Below are positions 9,961 through 23,165 of a stretch of DNA of 64,000 bases, in pieces (the first letter of the stretch is position 1; each line of letters starts with the position of its first letter). Where the stretch lies: contig JAOUEV010000001.1 in the NCBI GenBank assembly GCA_029858565.1, forward strand, positions 64,001 to 128,000, read 5' to 3'. The DNA comes from Nitrospirota bacterium (lineage in GTDB: Bacteria; Nitrospirota; UBA9217). The translations under genes and the position numbers were made by a program. The notes under the pieces are model-generated. The model was not told where the DNA came from. It was given only the letters and a program-made list of their open reading frames with translations, and searched no databases.

Positions 9961-12039
9961 TTGGCGAAAGAGTTCTTCTTAGAGATCGGCACCGAAGAGA
10001 TCCCGTCGCGGTTCATCCAGCCTGCGCTGGAGAAGATGAAGGAGCTGTTCGTTCAGCTCCTGGCCAACGGCCGGATTGCGTCGGAAGGCGACGTCCGGGT
10101 CTTCGGCACGCCGCGCAGGCTGATCCTTACTGCCTCGGCGCTCGACGAGTCGCAGGCCGATGAATGCCGCGAGGTGGTCGGTCCGCCAAAGAAGATCGCC
10201 TATGATGCTGAGGGGAAGCCGACAAAGGCCGCGACGGTGTTCGCTGAAAAGAACAAGATCGCGATCGAGGCGCTTACCTTCAAGACCACGGACAAGGGCG
10301 AGTACGTTGTGGCGCGGATCGATGAAAAAGGCGGGGACACGCTTCTTTGGCTCGCTCAATCCATGCCCGGGTATATCCTTTCGATCCCCTTCCCCAAGTC
10401 CATGCGCTGGATGGACAAGGACATACGCTTCGCCCGGCCGATCCACTGGGTCGCCTGCATTTATGGCGGCGAGACCGTTGCCTTTGATCTGGGCGGCATC
10501 AAGAGCAGCAACCTTTCACGGGGCCATCGGTTCATGAGCCCCGGCGCGTTCCTGGTGAAGGATTTCAAGTCCTACCAGTCCCAGGCAGAACCGAACTATA
10601 TTGTCATCGATCCCGAGGTGCGGAAGCAGCGCATTGTGAAGCAGACCGCGGACCTGGCCACAGAGAAGGGCGGCAAGGTGCTCGAGGACGCCGGCCTGGT
10701 GGACGAGGTCGCGAACCTGGTGGAATATCCGGTCCCGGTCATGGGGACCTTCAGCAAGGACTTCCTGCGCGTTCCCAAGGAAGTGCTGATCACGGCCATG
10801 CGCGAGCATCAGCGTTACTTCAGCGTGGTGGACAACCGGGGCGAGCTGCTTCCCTGCTTCATCACGATCAGCAACACCCGGGCCGAGGACATGGAAGTGG
10901 TCCGGGCCGGGAACGAACGGGTGCTGACGGCCCGTCTTTCCGACGCGGCCTACTTCTTTGACCATGACATCCAGGTGAAGCTCGCTGACCGCGTCGAGGG
11001 GCTCAAAAAAGTCACCTACCAGGAAAAGCTCGGGTCGGTCCATGACAAGATCGATCGGGTGAAGAAGCTTTCAATCTACGTTGCCGGGTTGTTCGGCGCT
11101 GACGCGAATGCTGCCGAACGGGCAGCCCATCTTTCCAAGGCCGACCTGACCACGGGCGTGGTGGGAGAATTCCCCAAGCTCCAGGGCGTGATGGGCAGGC
11201 ACTACGCGCTGCTGACCGGTGAAAGTCCGCTGGTCGCGGACGCAATTGCTGAACACTACATGCCGAGGTTCGCCGGCGACAGCCTCCCGAAAACAGCCGA
11301 AGGCATGTGCGTGGGCATAGCGGACCGCATCGATACGATCACGGGCTGCTTTTCCGCGGGCCTGATCCCGAGCGGTTCCGAGGACCCCTACGGCCTCAGG
11401 CGGCAGTCCATCGCGATCCTGGCCATGCTGTTCCACAAGGGCAGGGGAATGTCCCTTTCCGGCCTGGTGAACGAGGCTTGCAGCGCCTATGGCCTCAAGT
11501 CAGGCGAAGCAAAAAAGATTTCCGCTGATGTGCTTGACTTCCTGCGCCAGCGGCTTGCGGGCATCCTGACGGGCGAGGGATTCCGTGCTGATGTGGTGGA
11601 TGCGGCGCTCCTGGTAAACTTCGACGATCCCCTTATTGCCAAGGAAAAAGTGAAGGCCATCGATGCCTGGCGGGCTTCCGAGGACTACCAGCCCCTGGTC
11701 ACGGCGCTCAAAAGGGCGGGCAACATCGTACCCAGGGAGTTCGGCGGCAAGGTAAAGGAATCTCTGCTCACGGAAGACGCGGAAAAGGCGCTCTTTAGCG
11801 CATTCCAGGAGATCCGGGACCGGGTAAAGGACAAGACCGAGAAGCTGGATTTCCGGGGAGCTCTGGCGGATATTGCGTCGCTGCGCAAGCAGGTGGACGG
11901 TTTTTTTGATAAAGTAATGGTGATGGACAAGGACGAAGCGGTTAAGAACAACCGGCTGGCGCTGCTCGCGGCCATCACCGGCCTGTTCTACGGCATCGCG
12001 GATTTCAGCCGGCTTGAACTGAGCACGGATAAGAAGTAA
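9961..12039 (+). CDS. glyS: glycine-tRNA ligase beta subunit
   Basis: EIGTEEIP..TPRRL..FPKSMRW..GSEDPYGLRR..NRLALL. Confidence 0.97.
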   Translation: MAKEFFLEIGTEEIPSRFIQPALEKMKELFVQLLANGRIASEGDVRVFGTPRRLILTASALDESQADECREVVGPPKKIAYDAEGKPTKAATVFAEKNKIAIEALTFKTTDKGEYVVARIDEKGGDTLLWLAQSMPGYILSIPFPKSMRWMDKDIRFARPIHWVACIYGGETVAFDLGGIKSSNLSRGHRFMSPGAFLVKDFKSYQSQAEPNYIVIDPEVRKQRIVKQTADLATEKGGKVLEDAGLVDEVANLVEYPVPVMGTFSKDFLRVPKEVLITAMREHQRYFSVVDNRGELLPCFITISNTRAEDMEVVRAGNERVLTARLSDAAYFFDHDIQVKLADRVEGLKKVTYQEKLGSVHDKIDRVKKLSIYVAGLFGADANAAERAAHLSKADLTTGVVGEFPKLQGVMGRHYALLTGESPLVADAIAEHYMPRFAGDSLPKTAEGMCVGIADRIDTITGCFSAGLIPSGSEDPYGLRRQSIAILAMLFHKGRGMSLSGLVNEACSAYGLKSGEAKKISADVLDFLRQRLAGILTGEGFRADVVDAALLVNFDDPLIAKEKVKAIDAWRASEDYQPLVTALKRAGNIVPREFGGKVKESLLTEDAEKALFSAFQEIRDRVKDKTEKLDFRGALADIASLRKQVDGFFDKVMVMDKDEAVKNNRLALLAAITGLFYGIADFSRLELSTDKK

Positions 12040-12056
12040 GAACCGAAGGACGGTTT

Positions 12057-12134
12057 CACCACAGAGGCGCAGAGTGCACAGAGAAATCAAAGGCAATGGC
12101 TTGTGTCGTTCTCTGTGTCTCCGTGTCTCTGTGG
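12057..12134. repeat. imperfect inverted repeat built of 9-nt units
   Basis: ACCACAGAGGCGCAGAGTGCACAGAGAA ... TTCTCTGTGTCTCCGTGTCTCTGTGGT. Confidence 0.7.
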
Positions 12135-12182
12135 TAGATCAGATTTTCGCATTTCAGATTCCTATTTAGGGAGGAAAGCATC

Positions 12183-14867
<2,685 letters not shown>

Positions 14868-14887
14868 ATTTTATCGAGAACTGATCG

Positions 14888-14915
14888 AAGGGCGGCCGAA
14901 AGGCCGCCCTTTGTG
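14888..14915 (+). terminator. intrinsic terminator of ppdK
   Basis: AAGGGCGGCC-GAAA-GGCCGCCCTT-TGTG. Confidence 0.8.
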
Positions 14916-15068
14916 TTTGCGCGAAGCGAAAAAAGAACGTTTGTAACGGAAGGATCGGATAGAGGCAGATCTTGCTTTGCAGCGAATCCTGTCGTAATGG
15001 TCTATCCGCCGTTATCAGGCATTTATCCGCATCTTCCGTGTCGAGGATCCTGTCAGTAGGTTCGACCG

Positions 15069-15482
15069 ATGGACTCTTCAAAACTCAACCTCTCGAACAT
15101 CCGCTTCGATGCCGTCATCGTCGGCGCTATCGTCGATAACATCACCACCATGTCTTTGATGCTGCTCCTGATGTCTGCCATGTCCGCAACGGGCATCCCC
15201 CAGGACGAGGTCATCAGCCGGATGAAAACCCTGAGCGGCCTGCTCCTCAGCCTGATGCTGGGACTGGGATGCACGGCGTTCGGAGGGTACGTCGCTGCGC
15301 GGATGGCGAAGAAGTCCGAAATCCTCCATGGCGCTTGGGTCGGGGGCTTCGGTATCGTCCTTGCCCTGGTCTTCCGGGAAGAAGGGCTCCCCCTCTGGTA
15401 TCACGTTGCCGGATTTATCTGCATGCTGCCTGCGGGAATGGCCGGCGGGCATCTGGCGCGCCATGGTCAGGTGAAGAGTTAA
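15069..15482 (+). CDS. 4-TM membrane protein, paralog of 24059-24469
   Basis: Hydrophobic; shares AVI.GA.VDN, DEV..R, E.LHGA and LPAGMAGG.LAR with its paralog. Confidence 0.75.
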   Translation: MDSSKLNLSNIRFDAVIVGAIVDNITTMSLMLLLMSAMSATGIPQDEVISRMKTLSGLLLSLMLGLGCTAFGGYVAARMAKKSEILHGAWVGGFGIVLALVFREEGLPLWYHVAGFICMLPAGMAGGHLARHGQVKS

Positions 15483-15508
15483 GGAATGTCAATGCAGGGA
15501 GGTGTACG

Positions 15509-17278
15509 GTGAAGCGAGAGAACGCATTGAGTATTGCCATGGTTCTGTTCGGCGTGATTACGGGAATTGCCGTGGTGGTCCTGCTGATGGCGATAGCGGC
15601 ACCGTCAACCAGCCAGTACCTGCTTACGCATGCGGAAAAGGCGGACTACGACAGGATCGACGGCTATTCCCGGATCCTGTCCGGCGCCGGTTCCTGGATC
15701 GCCTATGGTCTTTTTTTTGCTGCTTTGGGCCTGGCGGTCTCTTTTTTCCTGACACTGCTCAATCCGTCTTTCAACATAAAAAAGGCTTCATCGGACCGAA
15801 AAATGGCTGCAGGGACAAGAGCCCTTGTGTTTCTTGCAGCCGCTGCCGGCTGGATCTACGGGACAGCATTCCTTCTTGATCTGCTTTTCCCAGGAGGGCC
15901 ATCCCGGGCGATCCAGTTCCTTTTCTACGTTGTCCTGTTCGCCGGTGTCTGGTTCATTATCGGCCGACAGGGGTGGGCAGGGGACCTCTCGTCCTGGAAA
16001 GTTCAGAAGAATGCCCGGCTCATGAGAACCGCTTTGCTCGGAGCCGCTGTTGGCGCCGTTGTATTCCTGATCTATTGGCTCTTTGACTGGTCGTTCAGGC
16101 AGTACTTCACCCTTGTATCCGAGGTGCTTGACCAATCAGGGGAGACCTCGTTTCTGGGATTTGTCCAGCTTGCGTTCGGAGCGGTCATCTGCCTTGGAGT
16201 CGCTTTTCCCCTTGCCGCCGGCTTTGTGGCAGCTCTTGCACCGGTGGAGCAGGAGAACCGGGAAATCCTGCGCAGACTCATGATCCCTGGAGCGGCATTC
16301 CTGGTTATCGCAGTCCTGCTGGCAGCGGCATATTGGTATGCCGGTGCTGTCTATGACCTGAATAAGAAGGATCTCGCAACAGCTGTCGGCATTCCCGCCA
16401 GGGCGAAGGAGAGCCGTACGATCGTCGCTCTTGTCGCCTCTAAGGGTCTTCCGGTGACGGTCCAGGAATGGCCGCTTGAGGCTTCTTCATCGGGATTCAT
16501 GTCCCAGAATACCATCGAATTGTCAGTGGAGAATCTTCAAAAGGTGGAGAGCTACCTGGCAGCCCATCCCCAGGGGACAGTGTTCACCTATCCCGGCCGG
16601 GAGATCCTTGTGAAGGGGTATTACGGCCTCTGGGACAGGGAGAACGGTCTGGCCTGGCAGGTCAGGGCAGCGGAGTCCCAGCTTCTCCAGCGACAACTGC
16701 TGCTCACCCGGTTCCGCTCCATGGCTGTGACGCAGGAGAACCTGAAACTGCTCGAGTCGTACAGCGACGAGAAGGTTTGGCGCGTGGGAGGCAAGTCAGC
16801 GCTCTACCTTTCCCAGGGGTATCAGCACTTCGGAAAAGCAGCGGAAGCGGCAAAATGGCTTGAAAAAGCGATCGCGCTCGGCACGGATATTTCGAAAGCC
16901 GATTTTGTGAAGGACCCGATCATTACTTATGGCTCTTTACAGGGAAGGATACTTCTGAATGGAAAGCCTTTGTCAGGAGTAAAGGTCGGGCTGCTGAGCC
17001 ATCGCGCTGATATGATGGGAAAGGAAAGTTTCAAATTAACGGATTTCAGCTTCCCCAGAATGCTCGTTGATGTGAGGCAGGCAGGGAAGGACGGCAGATT
17101 CGCGTTCTCCTCGCTCGGCACGGGCAGATATCTGATCGCGGTCATGACGGATAAAGAGACCATGCCTTATGATCTGAAGCCGGGCACCATCACGGCGAGT
17201 AACGTGCCCGGGATAATTTCGCTCGGCGCTGTTGCCTCGCGCGACCTGGGGACCATCGCGATCGTGAAAAAGCAGTAG
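15509..17278 (+). CDS. multi-TM membrane protein with C-terminal helical and beta-sandwich (carboxypeptidase-regulatory-like) extracytoplasmic region
   Basis: GTG start after GGGAGG; about 7 TM segments; GRILLNGKPLSGVKVGL..DGRFAFSSLGTGRYLI. Confidence 0.7.
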   Translation: MKRENALSIAMVLFGVITGIAVVVLLMAIAAPSTSQYLLTHAEKADYDRIDGYSRILSGAGSWIAYGLFFAALGLAVSFFLTLLNPSFNIKKASSDRKMAAGTRALVFLAAAAGWIYGTAFLLDLLFPGGPSRAIQFLFYVVLFAGVWFIIGRQGWAGDLSSWKVQKNARLMRTALLGAAVGAVVFLIYWLFDWSFRQYFTLVSEVLDQSGETSFLGFVQLAFGAVICLGVAFPLAAGFVAALAPVEQENREILRRLMIPGAAFLVIAVLLAAAYWYAGAVYDLNKKDLATAVGIPARAKESRTIVALVASKGLPVTVQEWPLEASSSGFMSQNTIELSVENLQKVESYLAAHPQGTVFTYPGREILVKGYYGLWDRENGLAWQVRAAESQLLQRQLLLTRFRSMAVTQENLKLLESYSDEKVWRVGGKSALYLSQGYQHFGKAAEAAKWLEKAIALGTDISKADFVKDPIITYGSLQGRILLNGKPLSGVKVGLLSHRADMMGKESFKLTDFSFPRMLVDVRQAGKDGRFAFSSLGTGRYLIAVMTDKETMPYDLKPGTITASNVPGIISLGAVASRDLGTIAIVKKQ

Positions 17279-17331
17279 GGGCAACCCCGCGTGGTTGCCC
17301 ATTCCGGGCGTCCACATAGGGCCGCTCCTAC
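17275..17331. repeat. GTAG-type REP doublet overlapping a stop codon
   Basis: GTAGGGGCAACCCCGCGTGGTTGCCC..GGGCGTCCACATAGGGCCGCTCCTAC. Confidence 0.7.
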
Positions 17332-17385
17332 GCAAGCATGTCAAAGTCTGCCTGCATCTTGCGCGCAGTTAATCAGGAGTGCGCG

Positions 17386-17844
17386 ATGATAACGATCACC
17401 TGGATTGCTGTATTCGGGGGTGTTTTTCTCTGGTCCGCTGTTCACCCCAAGGACTATTTCACCTGGTTCATGGAAGTGGCGCCGGCGATCACGGCATTCG
17501 TGATCCTGTTCTTTACCAGGAAACGCTTTCCCCTCGCCAATCTCGCATATGCCCTGATCCTTGTTCACAGCATGATCCTACGGAAGGAAGAGGTACAGCG
17601 CGGGCCATGGCTCTTCTTTATCGTTGTCTCGATATGCCTTGCCTTGAGCGCGTGCTACGAGTTCATCGAATGGTGGACCGCGGCGCTGACCAACGAGGCG
17701 GCCGAGGCGTTCCTCGGCACCCAGGGGTATCAGTGGGATACCCAGTCGGATATGCTGTTCGCGTTCATCGGCGCGATAGCGGCTATGACATTTCTGAGCA
17801 GGTTCCATGACCGGCAACTGGCTTCAGTCGACAAGCCTGTCTAG
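17386..17844 (+). pseudogene. DUF2238/YjdF membrane protein with in-frame internal deletion
   Basis: WSAVHPKDYFTWFMEVAP and YEFIEWW..AFLGTQG.QWDTQSDM are present, but the central GGHYTY..RNHYDR.GH segment is absent. Confidence 0.7.
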
Positions 17845-17886
17845 TATTGCTGCGCCGATTTTTCCTCTTTACTTCACGGCGAACGA

Positions 17887-17907
17887 TGTTATAATCAGGT
17901 TATAACA
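17887..17907. promoter_or_regulatory. palindromic TA operator overlapping the -10 box
   Basis: TGTTATAA-tcagg-TTATAACA containing TATAAT, 15 nt before the antitoxin ATG. Confidence 0.7.
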
Positions 17908-17922
17908 AGCGGGGAGGCGGCC

Positions 17923-18171
17923 ATGCATCGGAAAGTCGTATCCATCGGGAACAGTACAGGCGTTTCCATCCCGGTCAACATTCTTGAGAAACTTGAGTTG
18001 TCAGCTGGATCAGAGGTCGATATCGAACTCGATGAGGAACGCGGCCGGATCGTGATCGAGCCGGTCAGAAAAAAGCAGAAGGTCAAAGGCATCGACAAGG
18101 AGTTCGTCGGCCAGGTCAACGAGTTTATTGCCAAGTATCGCCCTGCCTTGAAGGAACTCGCGAAAAAGTGA
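17923..18171 (+). CDS. AbrB/MazE-family antitoxin
   Basis: RKVVSIGNSTGVSIP..L.L..GSEV. Confidence 0.88.
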   Translation: MHRKVVSIGNSTGVSIPVNILEKLELSAGSEVDIELDEERGRIVIEPVRKKQKVKGIDKEFVGQVNEFIAKYRPALKELAKK

Positions 18172-18554
18172 AGTATCTCTCCCCGGAGCAGGTCCTTTTC
18201 ATTCATTCACGGCTTATCGACGAAACCGGCGGCAGCCACGGCCTGAGGGACGCGGGCCTGCTCGCGTCCGCGGTCGCGCGTCCGCAAGCGACATTTGAAG
18301 GGAAAGATCTCTATCCTGATATATTTCGGAAGGCTGCTGCGCTCATGGAATCGCTGATCAAGAGCCATCCCTTTGTTGACGGGAACAAACGAACGGCGGT
18401 CACTTCGGCGGGCATTTTCCTACAAATGAACGGGTTTTCACTGGAAGTTCCTCAAAAAGAGCTTGTACGATTTGCGGTCGCTTATGCTGCTAAGAACCTG
18501 TCGTTCGATGAAGCTGTTGTATGGTTTATGAACCAGACGCGTCGGGACAAATAG
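18168..18554 (+). CDS. Doc/Fic family toxin
   Basis: HPFVDGNKRTA; GTGA overlap with the antitoxin. Confidence 0.92.
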   Translation: MKYLSPEQVLFIHSRLIDETGGSHGLRDAGLLASAVARPQATFEGKDLYPDIFRKAAALMESLIKSHPFVDGNKRTAVTSAGIFLQMNGFSLEVPQKELVRFAVAYAAKNLSFDEAVVWFMNQTRRDK

Positions 18555-18598
18555 CGGGTCCGCGGTCCGCGAATGACCGGTGTGAAAGGAACGAGTGC

Positions 18599-19687
18599 AT
18601 GACTGAAAGTGATAGCAAACCCAAGGCGATCAGGGAAATACGCATCAATCCGGTCGTTCCCGCGGAGTCGGTGCTCGTTGCAACTGCGCGGAGTCTCAGG
18701 CCCAAGAAAGAGGAGCCGCCCGCACCCCATGACGCGCGTCCGCACGTGGAGACCTGTCCCTTCTGCAGGGGGAACGAGTCAAAGACGCCGCCGCCGATCG
18801 CCGAGGTTCCCGGGCCGGGGGACTGGAGCATCCGGATCGTGGAGAACCTCTACCCGGTGCTGGATGATGACCAAAGGAATCCCAACCTTGCCATCGGCCT
18901 GCAGCAGACAATCGACGGCTACGGCAGGCACGAAGTGGTGATCGACCATTCCTTTCACGGTATCCGCATCCACGAGATGAGCGAAGAGCATCTCAGCCTG
19001 CTGTTCTCGACCTACCGTTCCCGCGTCCGGGAGCTGTTCAAAACGAATCCCTCGGTCCGGTCGGTGCTTGTGTTCAAGAACTTCGGCCCTGCGGCGGGCG
19101 CGAGCATTGCCCACAGCCACAGCCAGATCGTTGCCATGCCTGTGGTCCCCGCGAATATCGACGCCGAGGTACAGCAGAGCGCAGCCTACCACCAGAAGAC
19201 CGGCTCCTGCATCTTCTGCGGCCTGATCAACGAGGCGCTCACCTTTGAGGCGGCGATCTACGACCGGGAATCGGGAATTGTGCGGCGCAAGTTCGATGTA
19301 GGACAGTACGTGATAGAGCGGGGGAAGAAGTTCATCGCTATCAAGCCCTTTGCGAGCCGGTTTGAGTGGGAGGTGCAGGTCCTGCCGCTCTGCCACGAGG
19401 CGGACTTCGCGAACCTGGCTGACGAAGATCTGGCGGACCTTGCGCGGGTGTTCCAACGCGCCATGGCGCGGCTCAATAGCGTGCTCGGCGGCGTACAGTA
19501 CAACTTCTTCATCCATTCGCTGCCCCGCGGCCCGGTCTATGATGGGAACCGCGAGTCCTATCACTGGCATATCGAGATCTGCCCGCGCACGAGCGTGCCA
19601 ACTGGCTTCGAACTGGGCTCCGGATTGTTCGTGAACACCATCAGCCCCGAGGACGCGGCTGCCAGGCTCAGGGCAGTGGAGCTTTAG
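18599..19687 (+). CDS. galT: galactose-1-phosphate uridylyltransferase family (HIT-like)
   Basis: CPFC.GNE, N.YP, GRHEVVI, FKNFG..AGASIAHSHSQ, YHWHIEI.PR, GFELGSG. Confidence 0.85.
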   Translation: MTESDSKPKAIREIRINPVVPAESVLVATARSLRPKKEEPPAPHDARPHVETCPFCRGNESKTPPPIAEVPGPGDWSIRIVENLYPVLDDDQRNPNLAIGLQQTIDGYGRHEVVIDHSFHGIRIHEMSEEHLSLLFSTYRSRVRELFKTNPSVRSVLVFKNFGPAAGASIAHSHSQIVAMPVVPANIDAEVQQSAAYHQKTGSCIFCGLINEALTFEAAIYDRESGIVRRKFDVGQYVIERGKKFIAIKPFASRFEWEVQVLPLCHEADFANLADEDLADLARVFQRAMARLNSVLGGVQYNFFIHSLPRGPVYDGNRESYHWHIEICPRTSVPTGFELGSGLFVNTISPEDAAARLRAVEL

Positions 19688-19720
19688 CTGTCATTGCGAG
19701 CCATTGGCGAAGCAATCTCG
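19688..19720. repeat. short palindromic REP-like element
   Basis: TGTCATTGCGAGCCATTGGCGAAGCAATCTC directly after the galT stop. Confidence 0.5.
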
Positions 19721-20023
19721 TAGTTGCCTTATTATCCTTCTCCCCCTGACTCCTGTTGTCTCACCCCTACCCGAAAGGGTAGTCACGACAAAACTCACCA
19801 GAAAGAACAGGCAAAGCCAGTTATTGCTTGCAATTTGCAGTTATCTGTAATAGATTCGTTTTGGACGGATGCAGTAAGTCCCATGGAGTCCCGGAAAAGC
19901 ATCTCACGTATCAACGTCCCGCAAGTTTGCGGGGGGAATTTTATAGTGACGGTGTTTTTTAGCGTCTGCGCTTCTTTCTTATCTGGGATGACATGAAAGT
20001 AGACCTGGCCCCATGGGGTCCGC

Positions 20024-21148
20024 ATGCGCGGCCATGGGCTGATGCAGGCGATTGCGCGTGTGAACCGGGTGTTCCGTGACAAACCAGGCGGTCTCGTGGT
20101 TGATTACCTAGGTTTGGCAGACCAACTCAGAAATGCCCTGGCTGCGTACACAGAAAGCGGTGGTACCGGCGAGACTGCTATTGATCAGGCAAAGGCTGTT
20201 GCTTTCATGCTCGAAAAATATGAGATATGCCTCGGGATGTTCCATGGTTTCGATTGGTCAGCATGGAAGACCGGCAAGGCTGCGGCCCAGCTTTCGGTCC
20301 TTCCTCCGGCGCAGGAGCATATCCTGAAACAGGAAGATGGCAAGTCTCGACTGGTCAGGGCGGTCGTCGATCTGTCCAAGGCCTTTGCCCTATCCGTACC
20401 CCATGAGGAGGCAATCCGCATCCGTGACGATGTTTCCTTCTTCCAGGCGGTCAAGGCAGCCTTGGTCAAGAGCGAGTCCACAGGGGGTAAGACCGAAGAA
20501 GAAATGAACCTCGCTATCCAGCAGATCGTCTCGCGGGCTATTGCACCGGGCGAGGTGATCGATATCTTTGCCGCGGCAGGGCTCAAGAAACCGGATATAT
20601 CGATCCTGTCCGACGAGTTCCTTGCCGAGGTCCGGGGATTGCCGCAGAAGAACCTGGCTGTGGAATTGCTCCGGAAACTCCTGAATAACGAAATCAAGAC
20701 CAGAGCAAAACGGCATCTTGTCCAAGCCCGTTCATTCGCCGAAATGCTGGAGACGGCTATCCGGCGTTACCAAAATCGCGCTATCGAGACAGCCCAGATC
20801 ATCGAGGAATTGATCGATCTTGCCAAGGATATGCGGCAGGCTGAGAACCGGGGTGTGGATCTGGGGCTGAACGACGATGAGGTAGCTTTTTATGAAGCTC
20901 TGGAAGTGAACGATAGCGCGGTAAAAGTTCTCGGCGATGAAACCCTCAAGACCATTGCCCGGGAACTGGTGGATACCGTTCGCAAGAATACGTCGATCGA
21001 CTGGACGGTCAAGGAATCGGTAAAAGCCAAGCTGCGGGTGATCGTGAAACGGATTCTTCGGAAATATGGATATCCACCGGATAAGCAGGAACGGGCGACG
21101 CTTACTGTGTTGCAGCAGGCGGAACTGTTAGCGCCTGAGTGGGCGTAA
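20024..21148 (+). pseudogene. hsdR: type I restriction HsdR C-terminal fragment (motif VI + DUF3387)
   Basis: Starts at [16 protein letters not shown] and ends [15 protein letters not shown]. Nuclease and most helicase motifs are missing; no hsdM/hsdS nearby. Confidence 0.85.
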
Positions 21149-21221
21149 TGTTATCGATATGATCAATCAAGAAAAGATTATTGTCTGAAATTCATCAGCA
21201 TTTGAGGTAGCGGCTAATTTT

Positions 21222-21518
21222 ATGACAATTACGCGGCTCTTTGCGAAACGAGTCAGGTGTCTGTTAATGTCGCTAGCTTTATTAGCTGCTGTGGTGAGCT
21301 GTGCCGAAAATCCGCGCCTTGAAATCCAAACGTTCGATCAAGAAGCCGTCGTTGTTCAGTTTAATATGGGTCCTTTTATTAAAGAGGTTGATCTCGACAA
21401 TGCTATGAATAGTTATTGCGGCTCGTTGAAACCGAAGATCATCCGAGAAGAGCGAAAACAGTTGCCTGGTCAATATAGATTTCAGAAGAAGATCGAGTTC
21501 AAATGCGTTGCTCAATAA
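21222..21518 (+). CDS. hypothetical lipoprotein
   Basis: LALLAAVVSC lipobox-like signal; low GC. Confidence 0.55.
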   Translation: MTITRLFAKRVRCLLMSLALLAAVVSCAENPRLEIQTFDQEAVVVQFNMGPFIKEVDLDNAMNSYCGSLKPKIIREERKQLPGQYRFQKKIEFKCVAQ

Positions 21519-21709
21519 TTGAATTGCGGGAAGACGACATCCGGCGCAGATTTCTTCCCGTAGTTGAGATTCCATAAATTGGATCACGACTGCAGGTTAC
21601 TACGCGAAACGTATATGTCACCGGCTACTGAAGCATTTCTAGGATAAATGATACTGCGGAGGTTTTGAGGTTCGCAGAGTTTCAATCTGATTGATGAGGA
21701 CAGATTATA

Positions 21710-22345
21710 ATGAAATTCAAAAAGTGGGTTCGATGGTTCAATATTATTAATCACAACATACTAACTATGCAGATGTCATATCAATGCTACACCGATTTGG
21801 ACGCATACGTTCAATCTAAAGCGAATGGTTTTTATAAGATTCTGCAATTATGGTATTCAGATCACATGGTAATGTCAGTTAGGCGACAAATAAAAGCAGG
21901 GAGGGAGAGCGTGTCATTTCTTCGTTTGCTGCGCGAGATGGCGTCAGCTCCTCAAGCTATAACAAGAAGTCGATACGAAGCAGCTTTTGACGATAAAATG
22001 AAAGCAAATAGTATTTTTGATAAGTTTGCTGGGTCTGGTAATGGGTCGCTAGATAAGATGAGAATTGAGGTAGATATACAAGGGATTCAAGAAGTTTCAT
22101 CAAATATTGAAGCCTTCGCAGACAGATTTGTTGCACATTTAGATGGAAGAGGATTGCCAACCGATAGAATGCCATCTTATAGAGAGCTAGAGGAGGCATT
22201 ACTCCGCCTAGAGCAGCTTAGAGAGAAGTATGCTGAACTATTCTATGTGGCTCAATCAACGACAAACATAATTACATTTCGCTCACCAAGATTCAATATT
22301 GAGATCGAGAGCTTCGTAAAAAAAGCAGCAAAGCGCCTGAGTTGA
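21710..22345 (+). CDS. low-GC hypothetical protein, possibly HEPN (AbiU2-like)
   Basis: 211-aa AT-rich ORF; SVSF.RLL.E and ADRFVAHLD motifs. Confidence 0.5.
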   Translation: MKFKKWVRWFNIINHNILTMQMSYQCYTDLDAYVQSKANGFYKILQLWYSDHMVMSVRRQIKAGRESVSFLRLLREMASAPQAITRSRYEAAFDDKMKANSIFDKFAGSGNGSLDKMRIEVDIQGIQEVSSNIEAFADRFVAHLDGRGLPTDRMPSYRELEEALLRLEQLREKYAELFYVAQSTTNIITFRSPRFNIEIESFVKKAAKRLS

Positions 22346-22456
22346 ATATTTGAGTTCGTCATAGGCAGTGCGGAGATCTTCCTTAACAAGTTCTTCTGAA
22401 ATATTCAATAGAATGTATATATAAACTCCGCATTAAGGCCCTGGAGTAAATAGATT

Positions 22457-22777
22457 ATGACAATTGATTTTGATCGGATCAAAGGCATTGCTCTCAGTGG
22501 CATCCGAAGGGCAGCAGTTTTTCTAGGCTTAGGTGTGAATGGGGCACGGAATGACTCGCTTACAGAGTATGATTTAGCAGAAACTCGCATCAAACTCCTT
22601 CCTGAAAAGTTGTCGGCACAAGAACTGAAAGATATCAAGCAAAACTTTGAGAAATGGATTATATGGAACAGTCTACGGGAGCTGATTGAAAGTTTTGGTA
22701 TATTCCTTGATGCGATTCACCAGTCCGGGAGAACGAGGGGGACGTTGGTTCCTACGGTGCATAACGTGAATGCATAG
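22457..22777 (+). CDS. low-GC hypothetical protein, probably 3'-truncated
   Basis: GGAG RBS; composition shifts near 22720. Confidence 0.4.
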   Translation: MTIDFDRIKGIALSGIRRAAVFLGLGVNGARNDSLTEYDLAETRIKLLPEKLSAQELKDIKQNFEKWIIWNSLRELIESFGIFLDAIHQSGRTRGTLVPTVHNVNA

Positions 22778-23165
22778 AGAATGACCGACCATGAAAGCGA
22801 GGAGGGGATGTGCCACGCAACTTCCTAGGGTCACGTCTATTGAATTGGTGTCGGCTGTTCTTTGGAACTTCCTAGGGATCGTCGCGGGTCAGGCTTAATT
22901 ATTTAGATTCATCTAGGGAAAACACGCGGGTTTGCCCGGAGCTGTTGAGTTGTTTGAATACTGGCAAGGCCGGAGGAAACGCTCTCCGGCCCTTTGCTTT
23001 GCAGTGCCGGCTTTGGGCAGATGGGAACTTTCCAGGGTCCGGTCATTTGACATTTGCTCCTGATCAGCCTTTCCTCTGAACAATTTATATCTCTCCACGA
23101 TTTGAGCACTCTTTGCGTTGATAATGCGCATGCAATTACATTATAATTACGAGTGGAGGTGCAGT

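Noticed and set aside
22960-23080. Possible riboswitch on the minus strand
   Set aside because: Only a terminator-like hairpin (GGCCGGAG..CTCCGGCC) is clear; aptamer consensus not met.
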